Shown here in pieces: positions 11,422 to 21,653 of a stretch of DNA of 64,000 nucleotides. The DNA is from an uncultured Candidatus Rokubacteria bacterium (lineage in GTDB: Bacteria; Methylomirabilota; Methylomirabilia; Rokubacteriales; CSP1-6), in NCBI GenBank assembly GCA_963789955.1, contig CAWBMV010000001.1, forward strand, positions 96,001 to 160,000, in the 5' to 3' direction. Under the pieces are notes generated by a model. The model was not told the DNA's origin and searched no databases. It worked only from the letters and a program-made list of their open reading frames with translations. Position numbers and translations under genes: made by a program. The stretch's first letter is position 1; every line of letters starts with the position of its first letter.

Positions 11422-12137
11422 GGATCGTCCTTCCGCTCGTGCTCCTGGTCGCGCTGGCCGGCTGCAGCGTGCTGGAACGCGCGCGGTCGAACTTCTGGGA
11501 GCTCGAGCGCGGGCCGTCGAGGCAAGCCCCCGATCCGGAGGTCGCGCGCGAAGCGGTGATCCAGGTGTACGCCGCGCGCACGGTCGGCTGGCGCGGTTTC
11601 TTCGCGGTGCACACCTGGATCTCGGTGAAGCCGCGCGACGCCGAGTCTTACACGCGCTACGAGGTGATCGGCTGGGGCGTCGGCAGCGGCGCACCCGCGA
11701 TCCGGGTCAATCGCACCGGCGCCGACAATTACTGGTTCGGCGATCGCCCCGAGCTGCTGGTCGATGTCCGCGGCGAAGCCGCCGAGCCGCTGATCGCGCG
11801 AGTCGAGGCGGCCGTGGCGTCCTATCCGTATCCGATGAGCTATCGCACCTGGCCGGGTCCCAACAGCAACACGTTCACGGCCTGGGTCGGACGGAGCGTA
11901 CCGGAGCTCCGCCTCAAGCTGCCGCCGACCGCGATCGGCAAGGACTTTCTGCCGAGCTCGCTCGCGGACACGACGCCGAGCGGCACGGGCGTGCAGTTCT
12001 CGCTCTTCGGGCTCACCGGGCTCGCCGTCGGCTGGGAAGAAGGCATCGAGGTCAACCTGCTCACGCTCAACTTCGGCGTCGAGGTGAAGCCACCCGCGCT
12101 CAAGCTCCCCATGGTGGGTCGCATCGGCCCTTCCTGA
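11418..12137 (+). CDS. DUF3750-family lipoprotein
   Basis: Lipobox LAGC; AVHTWI, RYEVIGWG and WPGPNSNTF motifs; GTGA overlap with ackA. Confidence 0.75.
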   Translation: MRIVLPLVLLVALAGCSVLERARSNFWELERGPSRQAPDPEVAREAVIQVYAARTVGWRGFFAVHTWISVKPRDAESYTRYEVIGWGVGSGAPAIRVNRTGADNYWFGDRPELLVDVRGEAAEPLIARVEAAVASYPYPMSYRTWPGPNSNTFTAWVGRSVPELRLKLPPTAIGKDFLPSSLADTTPSGTGVQFSLFGLTGLAVGWEEGIEVNLLTLNFGVEVKPPALKLPMVGRIGPS

Positions 12138-12165
12138 GGCGCCGGAGCCATGCGCTCCGGCGCCT
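12137..12165. terminator. 12-bp GC stem-loop after the DUF3750 gene
   Basis: aggcgccggagc-catgc-gctccggcgcct. Confidence 0.55.
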
Positions 12166-12350
12166 ACTCCGCGCCAGCGGCTTTCGCGGTGGGCGTGCTC
12201 GTCGGCCCGGACGTGCCGGGCCCCTTTGGACCAACGTCGGACCGCGGTGCAACGATCGTCCGATAGCGCGCTCTCGTGTTGTGCACTAGCTTCGAGCTGA
12301 TCAACGGCGCGCGTGCGCTCGACCGTGGCGCGCGCGAAAGGAGGCGTACC

Positions 12351-12737
12351 GTGAACGAAGAGATTCGACGACGTCGCTTGGCAGGAGGGCTCGCGGTGCT
12401 GGTCGCCGCGCTCATCACGGCGAGTTGTGCAAGTGCGAGGCCCATGGCGGACAGCAAGGTCGGGCAGGCGGACCGGGCGGTCGTCGACGCGCAGCAGGCC
12501 GGCGCCACCGCCAATGCCTCCATGGAGCTGACGACCGCGCAGAACAAGCTAAAGGACGCGCAAGCGGCGATCGCCAGGCGTGACTACGAGGCGGCGATCA
12601 AGTTGGCAGATCAGTCGACGGTCGATGCGGACTATGCGCGGGCCAAGTCGGTCAACCAGCGTACCAACAAGGCGATCGAAGAGATGAAGCAGAGTCAGCA
12701 GGTGCTACGCCAAGAGCTCGAGCGGCTCCCTCAATGA
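12351..12737 (+). CDS. DUF4398-like helical lipoprotein
   Basis: AAGGAGG RBS; lipobox TASC; ELTTAQNKLKDAQ...AIKLADQSTVDADYARAK. Confidence 0.7.
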   Translation: MNEEIRRRRLAGGLAVLVAALITASCASARPMADSKVGQADRAVVDAQQAGATANASMELTTAQNKLKDAQAAIARRDYEAAIKLADQSTVDADYARAKSVNQRTNKAIEEMKQSQQVLRQELERLPQ

Positions 12738-12766
12738 CTCGAGAGGAAATCCCGGAGGTCACATTC

Positions 12767-13033
12767 ATGAGTCGGTTGAGCGCGCAGATCAGATACGTCG
12801 TCGCTGCACTCCTCCCCCTCGCCGTCCTGGCCGGGTGTGCCCTCGAGGGAAAGCGCGATCCGTCGTGTGAGGACTTGATTCGCTGGGCGCGTGCGTCGTC
12901 TTCGGCTTTCGGGGGCGGGCTATGCCGTGAGCCCTTGGGGGTGGTATGTTCGGGCAATCTCGGATCGGGAGGCAGCGATGGACGTCCTGGAGCTTGGTCT
13001 CGCCGGCAAGGTCGCGATCGTCACGGGCGGTAG
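12767..13033 (+). CDS. Possible small lipoprotein (3' end uncertain)
   Basis: GGAGG RBS, signal peptide with LAGC lipobox; overlaps the SDR start. Confidence 0.3.
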   Translation: MSRLSAQIRYVVAALLPLAVLAGCALEGKRDPSCEDLIRWARASSSAFGGGLCREPLGVVCSGNLGSGGSDGRPGAWSRRQGRDRHGR

Positions 13034-13760
13034 CGAAGGGCTCGGCCGCGCGTGCGTCGAGCGGTTCGCCATCAGCGGCGCGAAGGTCGCCGCGTGCGCG
13101 CGTCGCAAGGACGTGCTCGCGCGCGCGGTCGACGCGATCCAGAAGAAGACGGGTGCGGACATCCTGGCGATGTCCACCGACGTCACCAATGGCCCGGAGG
13201 TCGAGGCCTTCGTCGCCGCGACCGTGGCGCGGTTCGGCGGGGTCGACATCCTCGTGAACAACGCGGGCACCTCGTCCGCCGCCGGCTTCGAGGAGGTGGA
13301 CGACGCCACGTGGCAGTACGACTTCGACTCGAAGGTGATGGGCGCGATCCGGTTTTGCCGGCTCGTCATCCCGCACATGAAGCGTCGCGGCGGCGGGCGC
13401 ATCATCAACGTGACGACCGTCGGCGGCAAGGCTCCGGCGGCGCGCTCGCTGCCGACCAGCATGTCGCGCGCGGCGGGCATCAACCTCACGAAGTCGCTCG
13501 CCCACGAGTACGCGGCGGACAAGATCCTCGTGAACACGATCTGTCTGGGCCTGATCAAGAGTGCCCAGCACGAGCGACGCGCCACGGGCGATCTCGACGC
13601 GTACTACCGCGACATCGCGCAGAAGCGCAAGCTGCCGCTCGGACGATTCGGCGAGGCCCACGAGTTCGCCGATCTCGTCGCGTTCCTCGCCTCCGAGCGC
13701 GCGGCCTATATCACCGGGACGGCCATCAACTTCGATGGCGGCATCACAGCGGCGGTGTAA
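12978..13760 (+). CDS. Short-chain dehydrogenase/reductase
   Basis: TGGSEGLG, DILVNNAG, ITGTAINFDGG. Confidence 0.9.
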   Translation: MDVLELGLAGKVAIVTGGSEGLGRACVERFAISGAKVAACARRKDVLARAVDAIQKKTGADILAMSTDVTNGPEVEAFVAATVARFGGVDILVNNAGTSSAAGFEEVDDATWQYDFDSKVMGAIRFCRLVIPHMKRRGGGRIINVTTVGGKAPAARSLPTSMSRAAGINLTKSLAHEYAADKILVNTICLGLIKSAQHERRATGDLDAYYRDIAQKRKLPLGRFGEAHEFADLVAFLASERAAYITGTAINFDGGITAAV

Positions 13761-13772
13761 GCGGAGGCGCGA

Positions 13773-14130
13773 ATGCTCAAGCGGAGCGTGGTCGTCGCCA
13801 GCATGCTGGCGATCGGGTGCGTCCTCGGGTTCGGAACCCTCGCGTTCACCCAGGAAAAGAAGCCGCCGGCGACGCGCACCGGACTGCACCTGATTCACGC
13901 GGCGGCCAAGGCGCTCGAGGACGCCGAGAAGCATCTGCAGCGCGCCGAGCACCACTTCGGCGGCCATCGCGCCAAGGCGCTCGAGCTGGTGAAGCAGGCG
14001 GAAGGCGAGCTGAAGCAGGCCGTGGAATACGCCAAGGCCAATCCGCCGGCGCCCAGCAAGCCGGCGAGCACGACGACCCCGGCCACCACTCCGGCGCCGG
14101 CAACTCCGCCGCCGCCGCGCCAAACAATGA
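13773..14130 (+). CDS. Secreted His-rich helical-hairpin protein with Pro/Thr tail (in frame with the next gene in this assembly)
   Basis: Signal peptide; HLQRAEHHFGGHRAKAL; ATGA at 14127-14130 suggests a native stop/start overlap. Confidence 0.6.
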
Positions 14131-14936
14131 CCGCCATGCTGGCTCTCCACACGTGGACTCTCGACACGACGCCGCTGGCCGACGCACTTCGCGCGACGCG
14201 GACGGCGGGCTGGGACGGCGTGGAGCTGCGCCGGATCGATTTCGCTCGCGCGGCCGAGAAGGGGCAGGCCGCGGCGGACGTGCTCGCGCTGGTCAAGGCG
14301 AGCGGACTGCGCGTGGCGTGCGTCGGCGTCGAGCTCGGCTGGATGTTCGCCGACGGTGACGAGCGCCGCAAGCTGATGCAGGCGTTCGACGAATCCTGCC
14401 GCTGGGCCGTGGAGCTCGGATGCCAGACGGTGATGAGCGCGTCGGACCGCGGGCGGGGCGACCTGGCGCGCGCCGCCGCGAACATGCGCGAGGCCGCCGG
14501 CATCGCGGCGTCGCATCGCGTGAAGCTCGCCGTCGAGTTCAACTCGCAGGCCGACCAGCTCAACAATCTCGAGGTCATGCGCGGCGTCGTCGCGAAGGCC
14601 GCGCATGCGAGCTGCGGGCTCCTGCTCGACACCTATCACCTGCAGCGCAGCGGGGCCAGCCTGGCCGCGATCGAGGACGTCGCGCTCGGCGAGATCGCCT
14701 ACTTCCAGTACAGCGACGTGCCGCGCAGCGGGCTCGAGCCGGGCAAGGCGCTCGACCGGCTGCCGCCCGGGCGGGGGAGCGTGCCGTTCAAGGAGATCTT
14801 CGCGCTGCTCGATCGGAAAGGATATCGCGGGTTCATGAGCTACGAAGCGCCGAACCCGGCGGCGTGGGCGCGGCCCGCCGACGAGGTCGCGCGCGAGGCG
14901 CTCGACGCGACGCGCGCGCACCTGCCCGCCCGCTGA
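14127..14936 (+). CDS. Sugar phosphate isomerase/epimerase (xylose isomerase-like TIM barrel)
   Basis: AGWDGVEL, LAVEF, LLDTYH, RLPPGRG, MSYE. Confidence 0.85.
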   Translation: MTAMLALHTWTLDTTPLADALRATRTAGWDGVELRRIDFARAAEKGQAAADVLALVKASGLRVACVGVELGWMFADGDERRKLMQAFDESCRWAVELGCQTVMSASDRGRGDLARAAANMREAAGIAASHRVKLAVEFNSQADQLNNLEVMRGVVAKAAHASCGLLLDTYHLQRSGASLAAIEDVALGEIAYFQYSDVPRSGLEPGKALDRLPPGRGSVPFKEIFALLDRKGYRGFMSYEAPNPAAWARPADEVAREALDATRAHLPAR

Positions 14937-14971
14937 GACCCGCGCTCGCTGAGATAAGAGAGAGGATCCCC

Positions 14972-16706
14972 ATGCGCAAGACCATCACCGGCACCGGCGG
15001 CATGCTGCTCGTGCAGACCCTGAAAGACGCGGGCGTGGAGTATCTGTTCACGAATCCGGGCTCCGCCGAGACCGGCATCTTCGCCGCGCTGTCCGAGGAC
15101 CAGGATCAGAAGCTCATCGTCGGCAAGCACGAGGGGCTCGTGGCGGCGATGGCCGACGGCTACCACCGCACCAGCGGCAAGGTGGGCGTCATCATCGCGC
15201 ACGTGATGGGGGGCTCGTGGCAGCTGGCCGGCCAGCTCTTCAACGCGCAGATCGCCGGCTCGTCGCTCGCTGGTGATCGCGGGCGACTGGGCGTCGGAGC
15301 TCCAGGATTTCCGCGGCCTGGCGCCGTTCCCGGGGCTGACGCAGGCCGAGTCGATGCGGCCGATCACCAAGGACGCGCGCGCCGCGTATCAGGTCGCGGC
15401 GAATCCGGCGGCGATCACCGTGGCGACCACGCGCGCGCTGCGCGAAGCTACCACGCCGCCGACCGGTCCCGTGTACCTCTCGATCAGCGCCGAGCTCTTG
15501 CTCCGCGAAGGGCTGGAGGCGCAAATCGGCGAGGCCGCGGCGTACCAGATCGAGCGGCCGGGCCCGGCGCGCGCGAAGACGGTCGAGGCGATCGCGCGAA
15601 AGCTCGGCGAGGCGAAGTGCCCCGTCCTGATGTTCGGTGACGACGTCTGGCGGGAGCGCGCGGGGGTCGAAGCGGTCCGGCTCGCCGAAGCGCTCGAGGC
15701 GCCGGTGTTCGCCACGCGGCAGATCTTCCCGAACTTCCCGACGCGGCATCCGCTCTATTGCGGCATGTATCCGGTCTCCAAGGATTTCGAGAAGGTCACC
15801 GGTCTCAAGCCGGATCTGATCTTCATGGTCGGCGTGCAGGGCGTGCACGGCGGCGTCGCCGAGCCGTTCGTGATCCAGATCGGCCAGAACCCGGTCCTGA
15901 TGGGCCGCCACTACCCGCTCGACATCGCCGCGCAGTGCGAGCTGCCGGACACGCTCCGCAGCATCACCGCCGCCCTGACGCGCGTGCACGCCGCCGACAA
16001 GGTGTCGGGATGGGCGCGCCAGCGTGAGAAGGTGCGGGCCTACGCGAAGCTCTTGATCTCGCGCGAGGAGGATCTGGCGCGTGAGCACGAGCACGACGTG
16101 ATCGTGCATCCGAGCGTGCTCGAGACGCATCTGGCCCAGCTGCTGCCGAAGAACACCATGATGGTGCAGGAGAGCTCGACCGCGCGGACCACCTTGCTGC
16201 CCTTCGGCCACGACGCGATGGGCTGGACCCGCAGCGGCGGCGGCTCGCTCGGGTTCGGCGTGGGCGCGGCGATCGGCGCCAAGATCGGGGTCGGCCGCGA
16301 GCGGCCGGTCGTCCTGCATCTCGGCGACGGGGCCCTGACCTACAGCGCGGCCGGCTTCTGGTCGATGGCGCGCTACAACACCGCGATCCTCACCATCATC
16401 TCGAACAACGAGACCTATCAGGTCGTCCGGACCAACTGGGCGCGCGAGGTGCCGGACAGCAAGATGGTGCACACCGGCAAGTATCCCGGGCTCTATCTCG
16501 ACGCGCCGGCGACCGACTACGCCGGGCTCGCGCGCTCGCAGGGCGTCGACGGCGAGACCGTGAAGACCTTGAAGGAGCTCGAGCCGGCGCTCAGGCGCGG
16601 CATCGAGCGGACGACGCGCGAGAACAAGCCGTACGTGATCGACGTGAAGGTCTCGCGCGAGGGTATCGGCGCGGACTCGACCTGGTACCAAGACTGGAAG
16701 ATGTAG
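14972..16706 (+). CDS. ThDP-dependent enzyme, benzoylformate decarboxylase-like; frameshift ~15270
   Basis: FTNPGSAE, HEGLVAAMADGY, GGSLGFG, GDGA...NN ThDP motif. Confidence 0.85.
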
Positions 16707-16805
16707 CCGCCTGCGTGCCTGTCTCTCGGTCGTCCAAATCTCGGCGGAGCCCAGGTAGTGGACGCGACCGTTCACCACGGGTACGCTCGGCGGTAGGAGG
16801 TGAAC

Positions 16806-17175
16806 ATGGCTAATCCATTCGTCCACGTGGAGCTGCAGACGAACGACCCCACGAGCGCGAGAAAATTTTACACGGGTCTCTTTCGGCTGGAAGCTGCAGG
16901 ACGTGCCGATGGCCGGCGGCACTTACACGATGATCGACGTGGGGGGCGGTACCGGGGGCGGCATGATGCTCAACCCGATCCCGGGAGCGCCATCGCACTG
17001 GCTCTCCTACGTCGGTGTCGATGACATCAACGTGTCGACGAAGAAGGCCAAGGAACTCGGCGCGATGGTGGTCATGGACGTGACCGAGGTCGGTGAGTTC
17101 GGCTGGATGAGCGTGGTCACCGATCCGACCGGCGCGACCCTGGCCATGTGGAAGCCGAAGACCCCGCACAAGTGA
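16806..17175 (+). CDS. VOC/glyoxalase family protein; frameshift ~16882
   Basis: MANPFVHVEL, GGGMM, WLSYVGVDDI, DPTGATLAMW. Confidence 0.85.
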
Positions 17176-17183
17176 GCTGACGC

Positions 17184-17212
17184 CACGGTGCCCGCGCTCG
17201 GCGGGCACCGTG
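17184..17212. terminator. Stem-loop between convergent genes
   Basis: cacggtgcccgc-gctcg-gcgggcaccgtg, 12-bp perfect stem. Confidence 0.65.
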
Positions 17213-17213
17213 C

Positions 17214-18083
17214 CTATCTCGCGCCGTCGCGCAAGGCCACCAGCAGACGGCGGACCCACACGCGGATCATCTCGCGCCGGTAGTCTGCGCTGCCCATGAG
17301 GTCGGAGAGGGGATCGGCCTCTTGCGCCGCGGCCTCGGCAGCGGCCCGCACGGCGGCGTCGGTCAGCGTCTCTCCGCGCAAGGTTCTCTCGGCGTTCTCG
17401 GCGCGGATCGGCGTCGGGGCGGCGCCCCCGAGCGCGAGGCGGATGTCCGCGCAACGCCCGGCCTCATCGCGCGTGACGAGCGCGGCGACGCCGATCAGTG
17501 GCTTGTCCTCCGCCGAGCGTGACGTGTACTTGATGTAGCCGCCTCGCGCGCCGGCCGGCGTGGGCGGAACGCGGATCGCCGTGACGATCTCGCCGGGCTC
17601 CAGCGCCGTCTCGTAGAAGCCTCTGAAGAACCGCGCGATCGGCACCGTTCGGCTCCCGCGGGGGCCGTCTACGCGAACCTCGGCGTGCAGGCACAGGAGC
17701 GCGGGCGCAGGATCCGACGCGGCCTCGGCGTAGGCGAGGTTGCCGCCGATGGTCCCGGAGGTCCGGATCGCGGGCGTGGCGACGCGCCGTACCGCTTCGG
17801 CGAGCAGCGGCCAGCCGTCTCGGACGACGCGCGACTGCTCGATGTCCGCGTGCGTGGCCATGGCGCCGAGCTCGAGCGTGCCGCTCTCGACGCGGATCTG
17901 GCTCAGCCCGGGCACCCGGTGCAAGGAGATCAGGCGGTCGGGCTTCACGAGCCCGAGGCGGATCATCGCGACGAGCGCCGTCCCGCCCGCGACGAGCCGC
18001 GCCTCGCCGTCGAGTCGCCCGAGCGCCTCGATCGCGTCGGGGATCGACTCGGGCTCGACCAGACGAAACGGATGCAGGCGCAC
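17214..18083 (-). CDS. Molybdenum hydroxylase FAD-binding subunit (CoxM/XdhB-like)
   Basis: LVAGGTAL, TIGGNLAYA, GSADYRR. Confidence 0.88.
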   Translation of the reverse strand: MRLHPFRLVEPESIPDAIEALGRLDGEARLVAGGTALVAMIRLGLVKPDRLISLHRVPGLSQIRVESGTLELGAMATHADIEQSRVVRDGWPLLAEAVRRVATPAIRTSGTIGGNLAYAEAASDPAPALLCLHAEVRVDGPRGSRTVPIARFFRGFYETALEPGEIVTAIRVPPTPAGARGGYIKYTSRSAEDKPLIGVAALVTRDEAGRCADIRLALGGAAPTPIRAENAERTLRGETLTDAAVRAAAEAAAQEADPLSDLMGSADYRREMIRVWVRRLLVALRDGAR

Positions 18084-18085
18084 GC

Positions 18086-18541
<456 letters not shown>

Positions 18542-18545
<4 letters not shown>

Positions 18546-18997
18546 GCCGGTCGCTCGATGGCCGCCCGCACGTTCGCGGCGAAGTCGCCGGCGAGCTGCT
18601 TGGCCTTGACCTTCATGACCGCGTCACCGACCGAGCCGAGCCGGCCGAGCACGCGGACCTCGCTGCGGTATCGCACGAGCGTGCCGGCCCCGGCGGCGGG
18701 TGCCAGATCGAGCGTGTTTCGGACTTCGACCTGGCTCGCGAGCTTTCGGTCCTCGCCGCGCGCCAGCGAGACGAGATGCCGCGGCCGATCCGATTCGACG
18801 ATCTCGACCTTGAGACTCTGGGTCGTCGAGAGAAAGCCGACCTTGACGGTGAGGCGCACCCGGTAGGTCTTCGCGTCCTCGACCTCGAGGCTCTCGCAGC
18901 CGGGCAGGCACGGCGCGATGCGCTCGGGATCGAGGAGAAAATCCCACACGACGTCGGGCGAGGCGCTGACGGCGAATTCCTCCTCGAACACCGGCAT
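18542..18997 (-). CDS. coxG: CoxG / SRPBCC family protein
   Basis: VWDFLLDPERIAPCLPG, VLGRLGSVG. Confidence 0.8.
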
Positions 18998-19000
18998 GCG

Positions 19001-21284
19001 CTACGCCCGCTTCGCGCGAAGCGCCGCCAGCACGCGCTCAGAGGTGATCGGCAGCTCCGTCATGCGCACGCCGAGCGCGTTCGAGACCGCGTTGGCGACG
19101 GCGCCGATGCTCGGCGTCATGGCCGGCTCGCCCAGCCCCTTGGCGCCGAACGGACCGAGCCCTTCGCCGGATTCCAGCAGGACCGTCGTGATGGCCGGCG
19201 CGTCGAGCGAGGTCGGAATCTTGTAGTCGGCCAGGTGCGGGTTCTTGCTGACGCCGTTCTCGAGGGCGATCTCTTCCATGAGCGCGTAGCCGAGCCCCTG
19301 GACCGCGCCGCCCTCGAGCTGGCCTTCGGCGTTCGCGCGATGGATGATGCGCCCCGCGTCGAAGCACGAGACGAGGCGCGTCGGGCGCGTGCGACCCGTC
19401 TCGTCGTCGATCTCGACCTCGAGCGCGTGCGTGCCGAACGTGTAGTCGTTGAACGCCTTGCCCTGACCCGTGGCCGGGTCGATCGTCGGCGCCGAGGGCG
19501 CGTCGTATTTCTCGAGCACCTGCACGGGCCGCCCCTGGCCGGTGGCGCCCTTCACGACGCTCGCCATCGAGAGCGCGCGATCCGGCGTGCCGCGGACGAA
19601 CGCGCGTCCGCCGGCCAGCTCGATGTCGCCCGGCGCGGCCTCCAGGAGCGCCGCGGCCGCCTCGACCAGATGACGGCGCAGCTCGCGCGCCGCGGTGAGC
19701 ACCGCGTTGCCGGACATCAGGAGCTGTCGCGTGGCGGTGGTCGTGCCGGCGCGCGGGGTGAAGTGGCTATCGCGGCCCACGGCGGTCACGTGGTCGAGCT
19801 CGAGGCCGAGCACCTCGGCGGTGATGGCGCAGAGGGACGAGGTCTGACCGCCGCCGACGTCGGGCGCGGCACAGCGGACGACGGCGGTGCCGTCGAGCTC
19901 CATGCCGATCCACGCGCTCGCCGAGTCGCGCGTCCAGCACATGCGCCCGTACGGGGAAAACGACGCGGCCACCGCGCGGCCGATTCGCGTGGGCGCCTGC
20001 GACGGCCGGCGCTCGCCGAGCCCCGCCCATGCCCGGCGCATCGTCTCGGCCAGCATCGGCTCGGTCTCGAGCACCTGACCCGTCGCGAGCTTGTCGCCCT
20101 TTGCGCAGAAAGTTCTGCTCGCGGAGCGCGAGCGGGTCCATGTGGAGCGCCTCGGCCAGCGCGTCCATCTGGCCCTCGTAGGCCAGGCAGGTCTGGATCG
20201 ATCCGAAGCACCGGTAGGCGCTCGCGACGGGATTGTTCGTGTAGACCGTCGTCGCGTCGACCTTGACGTTCGGGATCCGGTAGGGCCCCGTCGAGGTCAC
20301 CAGGCTGTAGAGCAGGACCCACGGCGAGAGCGCCGCGTAGGCGCCGGAGTCGGAGATCAGCTCGGCCTCGAGCGCGACGAGCGCGCCGTCGCGCGCGGCG
20401 CCCGTGCGATAGCGCATCACGTACGGATGCCGCTTGCCGTGACCGATGAACGACTCTTCGCGCGAGAAGACGAGCTGCACGGGGCGGCCGGTCTTCCAGA
20501 CGAGCAGACCCAGCAGACACTCGACGGTCACGTCTTCCTTGCCCCCGAAGCCGCCGCCGAGGTAGGCGCCCTCGAGCCGCACCCGTCCGTGCGGCAGCTG
20601 CAGGACCTCGGCGACGTCACGGTAGTGCTCGAGCACCTGGGTGCTCACGCGCATGGTCAGCACGCCCTCACCGTCGATCCAGCCGATCCCGCTCTCGGTT
20701 TCCATGTAGACGTGATCGACGAACGGCGTGCGATACGTGTTCTCGACGACGACGGCCGCGCGCGCGAAGCCCTGCGCGATGTCGCCGGAGCGCAGATGCC
20801 AGCTCCGGAGGAGATTGCCGCTGTCGTGAACCTTCGGCGCATCCGGCGCGAGCGCCGCGAGCGGATCGTAGACGCCCGGCAGATCCTCGTAGTCGACCTC
20901 GACGAGATCGGCGGCGGCCGCCGCGATCTCGGGTGTCGTGGCCGCGATCGCCACCACGGGCTCGCCCTGGAAGCGCACGCGATCGTCGGCCAGCACGGGC
21001 TGCGTGGCCAGCACGGCGCCGGCGGTGGCTTCGGCCATGCGGCCCGGCAGCTCCATCCGCTGCTCGTTGCGCGGCACGTCGCGCGCGGTGAGCACGGCGA
21101 TCACGCCGGGCAGGGCGCGAGCCGCGCGCGTGTCGATGCGTACGATGCGCGCCGACGCATACGGGCTTCGCACGATGCGGCCGTGGAGCATGCCGGCCAG
21201 CGCCAGGTCGCCGGCGTAGATCGGCCGGCCGCGCACCTTTTCCCACGCGTCCGGCCGGGCCGGGCTCGTGCCGATCACTCGCAT
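19001..21284 (-). CDS. Xanthine dehydrogenase/CoxL-family molybdopterin-binding large subunit; frameshift ~20100
   Basis: YLGGGFGGK, AYRCFG loop, GQLEGGAVQGLG, catalytic GAKGLGEP. Confidence 0.9.
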
Positions 21285-21309
21285 GGACTGAACGCGACGG
21301 CGGCGAGGA

Positions 21310-21645
21310 TCATGAGTTCAGTGGCCGAGAGCGATCATGAGGAAGTAGATGGCCTGGAAGGGCGAGGCCGCCTGGAGTGCTGTGGACCATCGAACACTCG
21401 AGCGGCAGCATGCGAACAGGCGGAAACATCTGCAGGCGGTCCAGCGCCGGCCACGGCAAGGGGCCGAAGTACCACGTCACCGTCTGGTAGCGCACCTGCA
21501 AGGCCGTTCCCGACAGCCGGACCTCACGGAAGCCGGTCAGCATCTCGCGAGCCGCCCCGATCAGCATCGCCGACTTCGTCACGCACCCGCCCATGACCAG
21601 CGAGACGACGATCACGCCGAGCACGGGCGTGACCTGCGAGCGCAT
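21310..21645 (-). CDS. Hypothetical lipoprotein-like protein (possibly degenerate)
   Basis: MRSQVTPVLGVIVVSLVMGGC signal/lipobox-like start. Confidence 0.35.
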   Translation of the reverse strand: MRSQVTPVLGVIVVSLVMGGCVTKSAMLIGAAREMLTGFREVRLSGTALQVRYQTVTWYFGPLPWPALDRLQMFPPVRMLPLECSMVHSTPGGLALPGHLLPHDRSRPLNS

Positions 21646-21653
21646 CGTGCGCC

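Noticed and set aside
12164..12547. Minus-strand 127-aa ORF ending at a hairpin
   Set aside because: Overlaps the DUF4398-like gene antisense; low-complexity, with no RBS or motif support
13773..14936. Secreted domain fused to a TIM-barrel isomerase
   Set aside because: An ATGA at 14127-14130 next to an A-run suggests two overlapped genes joined by a 1-nt error
19001..21284. Bona fide aerobic CO dehydrogenase (form I)
   Set aside because: Motif is AYRCFG not AYRCSFR, gene order is not M-S-L, and no coxDEF accessory genes are present
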